The notes beneath the pieces are model-generated. The model did no database searches, had not been told where the DNA came from, and saw nothing but the letters and a program-made list of their open reading frames with translations. Both the position numbers and the translations under genes were made by a program. A stretch of 63,369 nt of DNA, the filler included, from Sphacelaria rigidula (lineage: Eukaryota): NCBI GenBank assembly GCA_964200075.2. It is 10 parts of 10 records of this genome, joined end to end, with 100 filler letters (N's around TTAATTAATTAA, not from the genome) between each part and the next. Parts side by side here need not be neighbours in the genome. Positions count along the whole stretch, not along the records: positions 50,777 to 57,023 come from CAXNAA020021256.1; positions 57,124 to 63,369 come from CAXNAA020021257.1; 8 more parts are not named here. One strand, written 5' to 3'. Positions 50,850-63,369 of this stretch are shown piece by piece (positions within the stretch are counted from its first letter, which is position 1; every line of letters starts with the position of its first letter).

Positions 50850-53800
50850 TCCGATTATATTTTCATGATTTTTCTTTTACCCTAGCTTGGGGGTAGTCAG
50901 CCTGTGCCCACGGAGGGCGTCCGCATCAGATGCGCAGTACAGAGTACCGCGCAGATATCGGGACGGTTTTTAATGTTAAGACAGTACCGTGGAAGAACCG
51001 AAAAACACCTACAGAAAACTGCAGACACAGTATTTTTTCACATCCAGCTGTTGGATTTTTCGTCCGGAGCCCGTTCTCGAAACCGCGGAGCCAAGCGAAT
51101 CCGAAAAGCGGGCTAGACTCCTCTCCTCTCGGCGGGGTGATACAAAGTGTGAGATATGTGATGGCAATATCCCTCGTTTGGGGGCAAAAAATTGAATCAA
51201 ATGCCCCGGACTGAAAAATCCAACCTCCATTGCTAGAAAGAAAGAAAAAAACGGGGAAAACGGTCTCGGGTGTGATTGTTACGTACAACCTCCATGATAC
51301 GGCTTGTTTTCACAAGTGTTCCCCCCATCCCGCATTTTGTTTAGCTTCGGAGAAAATGGCTGATTTCATGTTGATTGGTTGTCGCACACAGACTGTTTCG
51401 CTTCGAACTCAAGCGTGGTTGGACACAGGATAGACGTTCATACCCAGCGGAAATAGACAGCAACACTCACCAAAGGTGTCTATCTCGTCCTACTATTAAC
51501 CCGTTTGGGACCGGACCCCACTACTAACACAGAGTCCACCCTGTGTTGATGGAATCCTGAAAAATAAGTCTTCGAGCGCCGTGCCCAGTCACGGCGAGGC
51601 GAAATTTATCGACCAGACCCGAACGACCAGCGCGGGGTTTGTTGTCGAGTGTGATGCCACTGCAAAGATCGTGTGGGGGGCCTATCCTTGGCCCAGATAA
51701 GCCTCACCAGGCTTCCAAGTGCAGGGTGGTCGCAGCTTGGTTTTATGGTATTACGAACATCTGCGTAAGAACTGGACCGTAATCAAGCGAATCGTATCAA
51801 TCAAAAATACATGCGTCACCTAGAAACAACGACCTGACTCATATCAAATGTACTATAGACATGGTACATATCTTCAAGCCTGTGAGTGCTCGGTGTTGAG
51901 ATTATATTGTTCCTCCGCATAACAGACTCCAGATCAGTGAGTGGAAACTCTTGGTGCACTAGTGTTCAGCTGCTGTACTACTCGGGAAGCGCACGCCCCC
52001 GAGCTGCCACCCCACGTTCACCACCATTGCGGAGATAACAAGAGAGAAAAGACGAACAACAGCAGCACTTGTGGCCGCCACACACCAACGCATCTGTAGT
52101 GAAAGGCGTGCCTGACATCGTGCTAGAACGAGAAAGTACAGAAATTTGGATACCATGAGCAGCAGCGTCGCGCACCCCTTGGGTTCTGTCTTGGAAACGT
52201 CTGTCACAAGACGGCCGTGTTTCATCGGTGAACTCGCCCTCTACAAGCCAAGGGGTGAAAGGGCATTCGCTCATGATAAGTGAGGTTGTCCTTTGTACAC
52301 ATCCTCACAGAACAGAGCAGCACATGGCGGACCGCCACCAACGCAAATGTCGTGACATTGGTGCCAAAAAAAATCATTTGGTCGAAGATGCAAGTTGATG
52401 TAAATCGCATGGTTTACATATCATTTTCAGTATATACAGGCAGTCAGTTGAAACACCGTGGCTCTGCTGACCTGTTCATACATAGTCAGTGTGTAGCCTA
52501 AAATAAAGATCGCCCTTGGCGCCCTGGTTTCTCCGCTGGAACCCTCAGATCCAACATCCGAAGTTCATGTGTTACGTCGCCTTCTGCAACTCAATACAGG
52601 AAGGGTGCTCGCTGTTGAAAGGCTAATTTGCTCATTGTGCACAGCCGTACAGAACGATGCAGCACCTGGCGGCACGCCACAAAGTGAAACATCGTCACAC
52701 ACTGCTCGCTGCATGAAAAAAACATGCAGCCCAAAACGAAGCTGTCGACCGTCGCATAGTTTGCATCTCACTCTTATATTAGTAGATATAAACAGAGACT
52801 TACCAAGTACATGATCACAACAGTCGCCAGCAGATGTAAGGCAGTGCAAGCACTAGAATCGCTCTAGACGCCTCGGCTTCTGCACTGGAGCTCTGACACG
52901 AAGCAGTCGCTAGCTTTGCCTTTCTTTTGTGAACACCCCCTCTGAAATTCGACACTTGAAGGGATACTCGCTGTTGAAAGGCGAAATTGCCTTTTTGTGC
53001 ACAGCCGCACAGAACTAAGCAGCAGCGCCTGCCGACACGCAACCAAACCGCATGTGACAACTTGCGGCGAGAAAAAACAACATGCGCACCGATTTTTTCG
53101 AATGTTGCGATGTTGGACCTCTAATAGCGCTAGATACTAATCCTCAACCCCAAAGTGCCGATCGCGCAACGCGTAGAACTCGACGACGAAACAGAGGATT
53201 GGACTGCAGTTTCTTGCGTGCGCTTCCCACACACCCAAGCTAGGTCAACCTATTTCACTTTTTCGTTTGAGCGTGATACTGAGCCGCAACAAACCCAAAC
53301 GGACAAAAATGAGGCGTTTTGCGCTCTGGGAGGGGGGTTTCTCGCTGCTGGCGCGACGCCAGGAAAATGTGACATAGAATCCCCTAGATCTTGTGTGTAT
53401 GCGGGTGTGTGTGAAGTGTCGTGGGCTGGCTTGCTTCCTGTGTCGAGAACCGCGCGATCTCCTGTGCTAGAGCTGTCCCATAGTAAACCAAGTTTACAAG
53501 TGATGAAGCGTGCGTTCTGCTCGAGAGGGCCTAGGCACAGGTGCGACCACCTACTGACGTGTTAATTATTCCTCCGCACTTGTGTTTTTTTTTAGTTTGC
53601 CGCTGATTTTTGGTCGTTAGGCCCTCCAGTCCCACCCAAACCTGTACTTGTACTGTACTACACTGTTGTATGCATGCGCGCCGCGACGCTGATACACCCT
53701 TCGAAGAGGATTTGCCGCATGACACAAGGAGGGAAATGACGGCCCACCCCGACCACAAGGGGCTGTATGGCAAGGTGATAGGGACAATAATATCATCCAA

Positions 53801-54805
53801 AGCCACAAGTGGCGGGCAGCCCGCCGGTCACGGTATCCTGTTGGAAGCTCTCTTCCGCGACCCATACTCCTTGCTACATCAGATGTACACTACCTGATGC
53901 ACACCCTGCACCTTGAAATAGATTGGATGAAACTTTCGGTCTTCATCGTAACCCTGCGGTTACATACGCGGCTTTTCATACGCCACTGTCTGTTTCGTGC
54001 AGACGCCAGACACGTCATTCCCAACCGGCCTCATTGGTCGTTCTGGAGGCTCCGTCCCAGAAGGGTTAACATAATGTGAATAACATCTATAACCGCTTGT
54101 ACTTTGACACAGGCACAAGGGAAGAAAAAATCGGACACCCGAAGATTAGTAAAGAGGGGGAAAAAAAAGGGTTATAACATGGTTGGGAGGATAATATTTC
54201 TGATTGGCCATCAGGTGTGGTTAGTCACAACATTGACGGTAGACGTACTTACCCAGGTTGAAAAACGGAAACCCTCGCCAAAGGCACCCTACCGTTGAAA
54301 CGAACGAACAGCAACCATAACAGTTTGTACTTGACTCGCGCACAGAAAAAACGGAAAACGGAGAAACAAAAACAAAAACGAAAAAATAAAAAACAAAGAA
54401 GGAAGAAATGGGGAAGTAAATGGTTGACAGGATACTAATTTCTGGTTAGGTATCCCTGCGAACTGTTGCGAAAGCCGAAAAAAATCGCAAACGTATAAAA
54501 ACACACGGCGAGTATTGTCAGTCAACCCCCCCCCCCCCCCCCCACCCCCCCCCCCCCCCACCCCCCCCCCCCCCCCCACCCCCCACCACCCCCCCCCNNN
54601 NNNNNNNGTGGTGCTCTTGCACGAGAAAAAAAAACACACCACCCCACAAAACCCCCCGGGGGGGTTTTTTTCGCCCCCCCCCCCCCCCCCCCCCCCGCTC
54701 CCATCTGATGACTATGGCATGCATGATCATGAGTATACTCCTCCCCCCGAAGCACAAGTACCTAACACGAATATGAAAATGTACAAAATATACCCAATAT
54801 ATCAC

Positions 54806-54893
54806 CTTGTTTGACTTTCAAGATTTCCCCCTTCTGAGACGCGAACGATCCCTCCGTGATCTCCACCAAATCACCCTTGTTCAACAGTTCAGG
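54806..54893 (-). CDS. Exon encoding a KOW motif (NusG/Spt5-like)
   Basis: tttcgcag acceptor and g|gtgata donor; PELLNKGDLVEITEGSFASQKGEILKVKQ fits the KOW pattern G(D/E).V.I..G.F....G.I..V. Confidence 0.7.
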
Positions 54894-55093
54894 CTGCGAA
54901 ACAAATTCCACGCGGGATTGGGAATAGAAATGGATACGGAGGAGAGGGGGGGGAGGCGGGGGGGGGGGGGGGGACCCAGTTTCATCGAGTCCATATTTCC
55001 CCCCCCTCCCTCCAAACCCGGGNNNNNNNNNNTTTTTCAACAGTTAAGGCTGCAAAACAAATTCCCGGGGGGATTGGGAATAGAAAGGGATCG

Positions 55094-55128
<35 letters not shown>

Positions 55129-58100
55129 ACTCATGATCATGCATGCCATAGTCACCTCGCATCCCTACAAAGCCGGGACGGAGCACGCCGGGTTTTCGGC
55201 CGGATCAGGGTCGCAATCGATGACCAAGTACGAAGCGCCGTAGTGTGTTCGGCGAGTCGCACAAAGGGTGGGCTGCATCCTGCGAAGATTGTTCGGCCCG
55301 AAGCCTACTGATAATCTTGCATTTGGATGACAACCTACAATGAGCTGCTTCATGTCTGGTACCGCCACTTCCAAAGACACCCACGGCTTATACTCTGCAT
55401 CATGGGTGTCTCACCGTGTAGACACTAGGTAGTACGATCATCCCCTTTGCGCGGACTTGAGGTTATCCCACCCCACACAATGTGATCTGGCTCGGCCACC
55501 ATCATGGTTACCGCAAAAACAAATGCAAGCGCGCAAAAACAAACGGTAACCTGGTAGCCTACAATAGCCTCAGGGAGTGGCGTGTCATACAGCGTCATCG
55601 CCAACCGACGCCAACCCCCATAAAGAAAGGGGGCGGGGGTCAGCTCGGTTCGCGTACGACACCTTCAAGCATTGTTCCGTAGTGCCCCAGCAATGCTAGT
55701 AGCTCGATTGGCGGCCTTAACACGTCATGCTGTTAATCATCCACAGTCCGGACGAATCATCCCCAATTCGAATCACCAAATCCACGATTTTTCAGGCTTG
55801 ATTGCTCAACAAAGAGAAAAACGTTCACCGGTGGTCGAAAAGGTCTAAACGCAATTCTTGCGCCATTCCACGTGCCTGGGCTGCGCGTACCTGGATTGCA
55901 ACGCTGAAAACAAAGCGTAAGGATTGATTCGTACGGTACGAATCAATCGCACTAAAATCAAGTAATTTCCAGGCGAATCATTAATTCGTCCGACCCGTGT
56001 AATAACCGCTCGAGTGATTGGTCGGTCGTCAATTACTCGTCTACAGTATGGGTCGTGTTGATACAAAAATGATCCCGCGTGCCGCACTCATACTGGTGGG
56101 GCTTTTGGCCGCATCCCCCCCCCAAAAGCTGGGTCAGCCCTAAAACGGAGTCGAGCCATCACAGACGTATCTCATCGAAGCAGACGAATTGGTTCGTGAT
56201 CCGCATATTTGGTCAAGGGCCGAATCAAGAGAGCAGATGACCATCTACTCATCAGCCCGGTGAGATGTTTTTTTCCCTGACTAAACCCCACGTCGCGTAT
56301 ATCCAGCGACGTACGAAGACATGTCGACTGAAGAGTCAGTGGATGATGCTAATATTTGTTCGGTGTGAACATTCCTAGAGTGTTTCGGGTGAGATATTTC
56401 ATAAGCTTTGGTATTCTGAAAATCGGACTCTGAGAATTGCAAACTTGGGCAAAGTACTTGAGATCGTACTAAACAATGCCCAGATATTGGGCAGAGTACT
56501 ACGATAGTACCCGTACCTACCTCTCCCCAATATTTGGGGAGAGTTACGAAATTCGGAAGAGGGGGTACCCGGGTATTTATTTACCCGACCAAACATATCG
56601 TTGGAACGTTCCTCGGGGGTACGCACAGATGATCGATGCCCTCACGCACACTCGATATCTATCGAGATATGGTGCGAATAGTAATACCCTTTACTAAATT
56701 GGAGATTAAAAAGGGTGTAGGCACTGGGAGAAGTTATACCCTCTTTTGGAACCGTTTCATGAAAAAATGACGATTAAAAAAAAAAATTGACTTCTCCTTG
56801 GACAAGGCATGCTTGCTTCTCTGCAACTGTTCATGATGCGGCCCACCAAAACGGCGCACCCCTCTAAGTTCAAGTATACTGATGTGACATAGATATTCGT
56901 GCACCGAACTCGAAGTGAAGTTTTCCTGATGACGAAAGCTCGCATACCATGTGTGTGTTGTGTGTTGTCGTCCCATTTATTCTGGGCACCAGTCTACGCC
57001 TTTCGGTGTATGTGGGTGCATCANNNNNNNNNNNNNNNNNNNNNNNNNNNNNNNNNNNNNNNNNNNNTTAATTAATTAANNNNNNNNNNNNNNNNNNNNN
57101 NNNNNNNNNNNNNNNNNNNNNNNGTAACACTTTGTTTGCCTGGTGACGAACACACGATTGAGGTGTCTCCATGACTAGGATGCGAACGTCCATGAGTCGG
57201 CGAAGTCTCTGTCCCTACAGACGGCAACGCTTTATCGGAAATGGATTCTAACGTAGTGCACGTGGGGTGGTCAGGGAGCAGTAGCGATCTGTTCAAAATC
57301 TGGGGAGTACCGGCCTGTTCCACTCTAAGGTTTTCATCTGTCTGAGCCCACACGCAATCTCCTCCTTGGAGTTCACGTGCGCTTGCTACATCAGGGTTAT
57401 CTACATGATCATCTGGAGTGGCCCGCCTCTAGTGACGCGTATAGCGCACGAAAGGATCGGCGACTCCAGGAGCTATTGAAATGAGTTCTTGGACAGTCGA
57501 ACCTAGGTCACGCTCTTGGCGCACCACCTGAGTCGCTGTCACTTGGGGGTTCCATTCCAACCCGCTGAGCGACGGAAAGCGTGGGTTCTTTGCGGTTGCG
57601 ACCCTTCAAGGAATAATTACGCTCATCAAATAAAAGGGAACCGGGTACCGTAGTTTTGGAGGAACTCGGTAGGGTGATTAGCCGGGCACTTGAGCAGTTG
57701 GGGGGTGCTCGAGTGTGTGGCTTTGAAGTTGGTGTCCTCCACTGAAGAGGCGAAGGGACAGCGACTACCGTACCACAAGATATTTGGGCTCCTGATGCGG
57801 TAGAAACTGCACTACATGACTTCCTCTCCCCCGAAGAGAAGGGATTCGATTGAAAATGATTAGTACCGGGCGCATGTAAAACTGCGTGATCAAATCCAGG
57901 ATTAAAACGTTGGATTTGGTCACTGCTCAATTGATAGCCATGCAACAGTGCACGGGCTTCGACTGTCTTGGAACCCTTCAAGGCAGTGTCAGCATATCCA
58001 GGGAACCCACACCACATGGTTGAACCCGCGCTGGCCACCGTTGATTCGTGCGTGCGATGTGCGTGACCTAGCCGAGCGAGAACAAATTGCTGACATAAAA

Positions 58101-59214
58101 GTGTTGGGTACTTCTGCAGTGAATTACTGGTCATCGTATATTTCTAATTGTGGGATTGTACCAACTAAATCAGAACTGACTTACAGAAATAGAAAAATAA
58201 ATAGGCAGGTGGCGGGGCTTAGCTTTTGGGCTCAGCAACGCGTCCTGGGTTACCCCACTGTATGCTATTTGGAATCTCCGCAACTTGTAGAACGTTCCCA
58301 AAAGGTTGCCAAGGTGTGAGGTGAGCATCAGTGCTGTGTGGGTAGGTACCGCCCTGGCGGGGTTCAGCCGCGGCACTAGGTCCACTCATGTGTAAACGTC
58401 TACCGTTTTGTGAGTGGGCCGGTGCATGTGGTTGAACGTGTGCCAGGTCAGGTGGGTCAGGCGGTGAATCAGTTGTCGCCTTGAGGGCGAAGCAGGCGAC
58501 CGTGCGAACGCAGTTGTGATTGCCAGACTTACCAATCAAGTCCAAAATGACGCGAAGCTTCCAAATGTCTTTGTCAACAGCTTATATTCTTGCTCCGCAA
58601 TTTCCAGAGCCTTCGTGGATTCGCGTATAGCGCGTTCTAATTCATTTTGTTCTGTTCGCTTCTTCTCGGGATGGACATTCATCTCACGGGGGACCTGCGC
58701 GGGCTCTTGTACCCCTGAAAAACCCTCATGTTGACCCGCCTGGAGACGGGCAAATTCCAAATCTCTCAACGCATGTTCAAGCTGTGCTAGATTCCTCATA
58801 TGAGGCGCTGCATGCAGCCTGAAACCAAACGTCGAGCACTGTATGACCCCTTTCTTCGTGACAATTTTATGCTGCTTTTTTTCGGGGGGGGGAGGGGGGT
58901 ATCGCAGAAAGTGTAAAGACAGACAGGGTGGAACCCCAGGGAGGTATCGGGATATACGAGGAGCTTCATCAAAACAGCACAAAACCCACAGCCCCTCGTC
59001 CCTGGCATCTACCCCGGTGCGACCACGACAAGAATCACCATGGCAAAAATGAGGGTTTTTGTTTTTCTGACGACTGTACTAAAATCCAGTTGCTTGGGGG
59101 GTACGGCTGGGGGTTCCAGTTGGTGGGGCCTCGGGATATATGTATCGTAATCCTATCTCTAGTTGGGACCGGCGTTCAATGGTCAAACGACTAAGGCAAG
59201 CAACAAATGAGTAC

Positions 59215-59247
<33 letters not shown>

Positions 59248-62200
59248 ACNNNNNAATCCCACCCTTAGTCGGGCCCGGCGTGCACACGTCAAACAACACA
59301 GGAAAAAAACAAAAAAGAACCCCCCCCCCCCCCCCCCCCCGATGTTCAAAAACAAATAGAGGTCGGTGACTGCCATAGAGTATGGTCTAACTTAGAAAAC
59401 GGTGCGGAAAATCGCTGTGGAGTAAGTATTGGACATTCACCGTAAATCAGTCTATAGGTGACGTTTGCACACGAGGCTGCTCAATCTGTTCAAAGTGGTG
59501 GCAAGTGGCAGTGCCGTTTTTTTTGCCTTGGGCATGAATGACAAACGAAAATCTGTACTGTACCATACTGTATTCTATATTGCAGTGCACTCACCATCAG
59601 GAACGAAGCCATATGAACTTTCCTTCCGGGGAAAAGCCGGTCAAGGCAATGTGCAAATTTCATCACAACACTGTCATGAATATGCATACTAGCCTGTTGT
59701 CATGCCGCTTCAGACCCGTTGTCGAAGTCTGGCTTTCGGTAATATTGGGAATCTGAGAGGAACCTCAATTACGCTCCGCAGAAATAGAGAATCCCTTTTT
59801 CTCACTAGTAAATTCTCTGATCTGTGGTGTGCTCTTGGTAGTACAGTCCACCAGGGCTGAGGACAGCAGCTGGGACAGTCAGGGTGGAAGCTCCCCGTGG
59901 AAGTGTGGAGAGGGAAGAAGACAGATGGCGATAACCTTTTTGTTGATGTTTTCTTATTGATGCACTTCTATCGAGATACAAGCCCTTGTTGTTGCAACCC
60001 TAAAGCTGGGGTCTGATGAGAACTGGCCAAGGGTGGGGCGTACCAAACTCGGCGGCCTGCAACAACCAGCCAAAATGAAACGTTCCACAGCCCTACTGAC
60101 GACATTTTACCGGCTATATTAACGGTTACTCGATGGCTTTCTTGCCCACCAAGGTCCCAAGTTCAGTAGCTGGCACACCTAGAGACAAGCTCGGCCCTCG
60201 GCCCCTTGTAACCCGCTCCCGAATCAACCTGTCCGTGCTGTCTAGCCTGAAACTGTCCCGGTTCGAACTGTACTCTGTCATGATCCAGTAGGACACTGTG
60301 TCGCACCCCCCTTAGCAAGCAATCTCCGTCGTAGACACGGCGCTTACGATAACTAAGTTACCCACTGAAAACTGAGCTCACCACAAACCCCGGTGAACAA
60401 GACTGCAGGTCTGTTCAGAGTTGATCAGGACGGATATGAGCTTGTATATTGATAAACAATGGCGAGATAGATCAGCTGGAACCGATATAGCTCGCCCATC
60501 CCCCACACTATCAACTGCTCCTCTATTGCCCTCCAGCAAAAGAAGTCTAACTATCAGTGAGACGCATTGGGTTGATTTGGATTGATTGAGTGGATACTGG
60601 AGTTAGAATCAAGATAGCCAAGAGAGAAGTGAAGGACCTATTCGCGTAAAACCTCGTCTGATCTTCGGATACTGAGCAGGTCACACAGTATCTACAAGTT
60701 GTAGCAGCCTGACGGTTGTACACTTGCCTGCCAAGCTTGTGCCTTGGGTTGCAAGCTATGTTCTTGCATTACACTGCCGCTTGCTTTTCATTACATTCGC
60801 GTTTGACTAAGGAGCTTCTTCTTTGGCTATTACGTTACTTTCTTGTACCGATTTGTATCGCTGGCTGCCAGCTGTGTACTCCAGCTTTTTGATCATTTGC
60901 CCCTTTTCCCTTCAGGACAGTTTTAGTCAAATCTACCGCCCAGGTAGGCAGTAGCTCTGTTACAGATTTATTGGTCATGTTCCAGTCGACTGGGTTCCAT
61001 TTGTCATACTTTGTCATGCTTGGTACCCGATGGGTCATACTACATTGTTTGATTGAATCCAGCTGCCTGCCCCCTTTGGGTCAGAGTCGTTTTGGACCAT
61101 ACATCTCAACTAGCAAAGCACAAGTTAGCCTGTACGCCAATAATACAAGAGCATCTACGCCATCAGGATCTGCTATCTCAGAGGATTCTCTGGTCTTCAC
61201 AAAATGTAAGCCTGACCTTCATGCAGCACATGTTGTGCTGCAGCCTGCGCGGTTCATGACATGCCACCTGACCACTGGTGCGGTGGTTGACTCGCACTTG
61301 ATAATATCGAACTCAATGGTTTCGATACTTAGACTGTGTTTGGGTCTGCTAGCCCTGGTGCCCACTGAACTGGCATCTTCCTACCCAGGTCGCAAGTATC
61401 GTACCATGACACTAACCCTAAGCCCAAACATAGGGATCTTCAAATTCAGATGCGGTCCTGTTGCAGGTTGAGGGCAACGTTCTAAGTATGCGGTCCTCTC
61501 ACGCATTACATCTCCGACCGCGGGTATTGTCAATTAGATAAGATAAAGAACACACTATAATACTGTACCGGCAATCACCTGTTGGCGTTTCTGGTTGCAA
61601 CGCGGTCGCTATCAATCGCAAGCACATGATTACGTGCTCCCATGCCCTCACCCAACATACGTCATGCCCATCTGCCTAAGTCGCATTTTTTCGAAAGCTG
61701 TGTCCAACTACAGTCGGATGCAGTATTAATAGTGTGTTTTGGCACTGTTATGGGTGGGATTGGAGGGCCTAACGGCCAAAACTCAGCGGCAATCTTGGTA
61801 AAGACAGAAGTGCGGAGGAATAATGAACACGTCAGTAAACAGCGGATCCTCATGTTTGGGGTTGATCTCTAAAATGAGGCTGAAGTGGCGTTTCTCTCTT
61901 GCAGGGAAGACGTGAAACACTTGCGACCGAGCGAAGTAATCTTTCCCCCCAAATGTCCGCAGCAGTTGAGCAGCTGTTGCTAGGTGCACCTAACAAATGC
62001 GGTGTACACACGTCTCGATGGCGATATCACCAGAGAGAGAAGCAACGACAGAGAGGAAGCTCCTCGCCCGTGCCCTTTGTGTGTCCCCGCTCGGCGACTA
62101 CCAAACTCTCGCGAGACTGGCATCATTGATCTTACCAGCATGTGCCAAATGTTTCATGTGCGAGAGCATCGACGCGCGGAGAGATTCCGTCGTTTCTTCT

Positions 62201-62880
62201 TGCCTGTCGCCAACGCGAAGATCGATTTCTCTCTGCCTCTCCTTTTGGACAGGACGTGCCTCTGTGCCCTGAAAAACGTGTTGAAAAAATAGGGAAATCT
62301 TCCTGTCACCGCTACTACTGTTCTCTGTCACCCACATGCCAGCAAGGACGGTGCTGCGGCAATGACAGATAGATCCAATTTGAACTTAGGGGGTGTTATT
62401 CATCACGGATTTTCGCCGATCTCCCCCAACGGGGTGCCCGAGCAGAACGGCATGTCACACGCCATTTGAGGGGGGTGTATGAGAGATCAAACACTTGTAG
62501 GAACCTATTTGACATGCGGAGTGAAAGAAGATACCTGTGGTGGTGACCTGACTGTTGCTAGCGTGGCGCATAGGCGTCAGCCGATGCCGCAACCTGCAGC
62601 ACACGCTGAACAGCACAGTACAGTAGTACGAGTAGGTTCCCATAAGTAATAATTATTCCGATTTCAGGAAGTCATGGGCTATTGCAAGTTGGGAGGGTAG
62701 ACGAGAGTGCTCTACGATCAACCGCATGTCGTTGCAGTCGTTGCATTCGAGACCCACGCCATCACCCGCCGACAGCAAGGGTCTTGTGGCTTTAATGCGA
62801 CGCGGTCGGCTGTACGGCAGGCAAACCGGATCATTGCCACCTTTCCTTCCTCTACCGCGCGTCCTTCTGGCTGCTCAGAG

Positions 62881-63369
62881 GTCGTCACGATAACAACACC
62901 GAATTCGCAACATCTGTGAAAGCGATAGAGTTTGATTCATTTTATCTGCATCCACACAATTGAAACGGTTCTGACAACCTGAGGGAGGACGTCTTCCCTG
63001 TCCCCCAGACATGCATCGATGAATGAGGGAAGGCTTTTGCAGGCGGATACAACCCACATGGGGGCCCGGAAAAGTTAGTTTCCATCCAAATCTGTGTTTT
63101 CCACGCTGCAAAGTGTTCCATGCGCATTGTTTTCTAATACGAACGGTAACTTGTCGAATTTTGTTCCGTTGTTCGAGCACTGTCCGATGCCGATTCCGGA
63201 AAAGTTTCGTATTGCTGTTCCATGGTTTCTCCGGATGTTTAAGTGTACCCGAAGTGGCCACCTTTCCTCAGGTTGTCAGAACCGTTTCAATTGTGTGGAT
63301 GCAGATAAAATGAATCAAACTCTATCGCTTTCACAGATGTTGCGAATTCGGTGTTGTTATCGTGACGAC
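62881..63369. mobile_element. Element with perfect inverted repeats of at least 104 bp (62881-62984 / 63266-63369), cut by window end
   Basis: gtcgtcacgataacaacaccgaattcg...ctgacaacctgagg is exactly reverse-complemented at the end; 281-bp spacer. Confidence 0.85.

Noticed and set aside
52600..53090. Two diverged direct repeats of about 130 bp, about 357 bp apart, as TRIM LTRs
   Set aside because: No TG...CA ends, PBS, PPT or TSD were visible.
55033..55100. Second copy of the KOW exon acceptor region
   Set aside because: An error-rich duplicate directly after a 10-N gap; most likely an assembly overlap artefact.
6248..57123. Regularly spaced TTAATTAATTAA as a biological repeat or CRISPR-like array
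   Set aside because: Embedded in N runs at an exact 6347-bp period; it is an artificial six-frame-stop linker.
60013..60090. CTGATGAG hammerhead ribozyme core (also checked 56250 minus strand and 56926)
   Set aside because: No stem II closed by GAAA in the required geometry.

Overview
Eukaryotic, repeat-rich, intron-rich DNA. A photosynthetic stramenopile such as a brown alga is my inference, based on short GT-AG exons, long TE-filled introns and plastid-type VKOR and CLC genes. The window is not one locus. It is ten contigs of 6246-6247 bp joined by nine identical 100-bp N/TTAATTAATTAA/N linkers at an exact 6347-bp period, so adjacency across linkers carries no biological meaning. Host gene fragments: one VKOR/LTO1-like exon, three spliced exons of an LSD1/KDM1-like flavin amine oxidase, four spliced exons of a CLC-e/f-type chloride channel, a KOW (NusG-like) exon, and the probable last exon of a GPI- or tail-anchored protein. 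Mobile DNA: two degenerate Ty3/gypsy elements (one chromodomain-bearing), an RTE-like LINE endonuclease with several LINE/SINE 3' ends, a pogo-type DDE fragment, tRNA-derived SINEs and several MITE families. The most unusual signals are three. First, about 11 dispersed copies of an LTR start, nearly all preceded by a G/purine run and several only 30-50 nt long, resembling captured PPT-primed plus-strand cDNA. Second, a non-coding CACACCCTGGA-TIR element with an 8-bp TSD, packed with CAATATATATTG palindromes, that splits a gypsy chromodomain. Third, a trimer of TTAA-sharing piggyBac-like MITEs. No CRISPR, rRNA or clearly novel enzyme system is supported.
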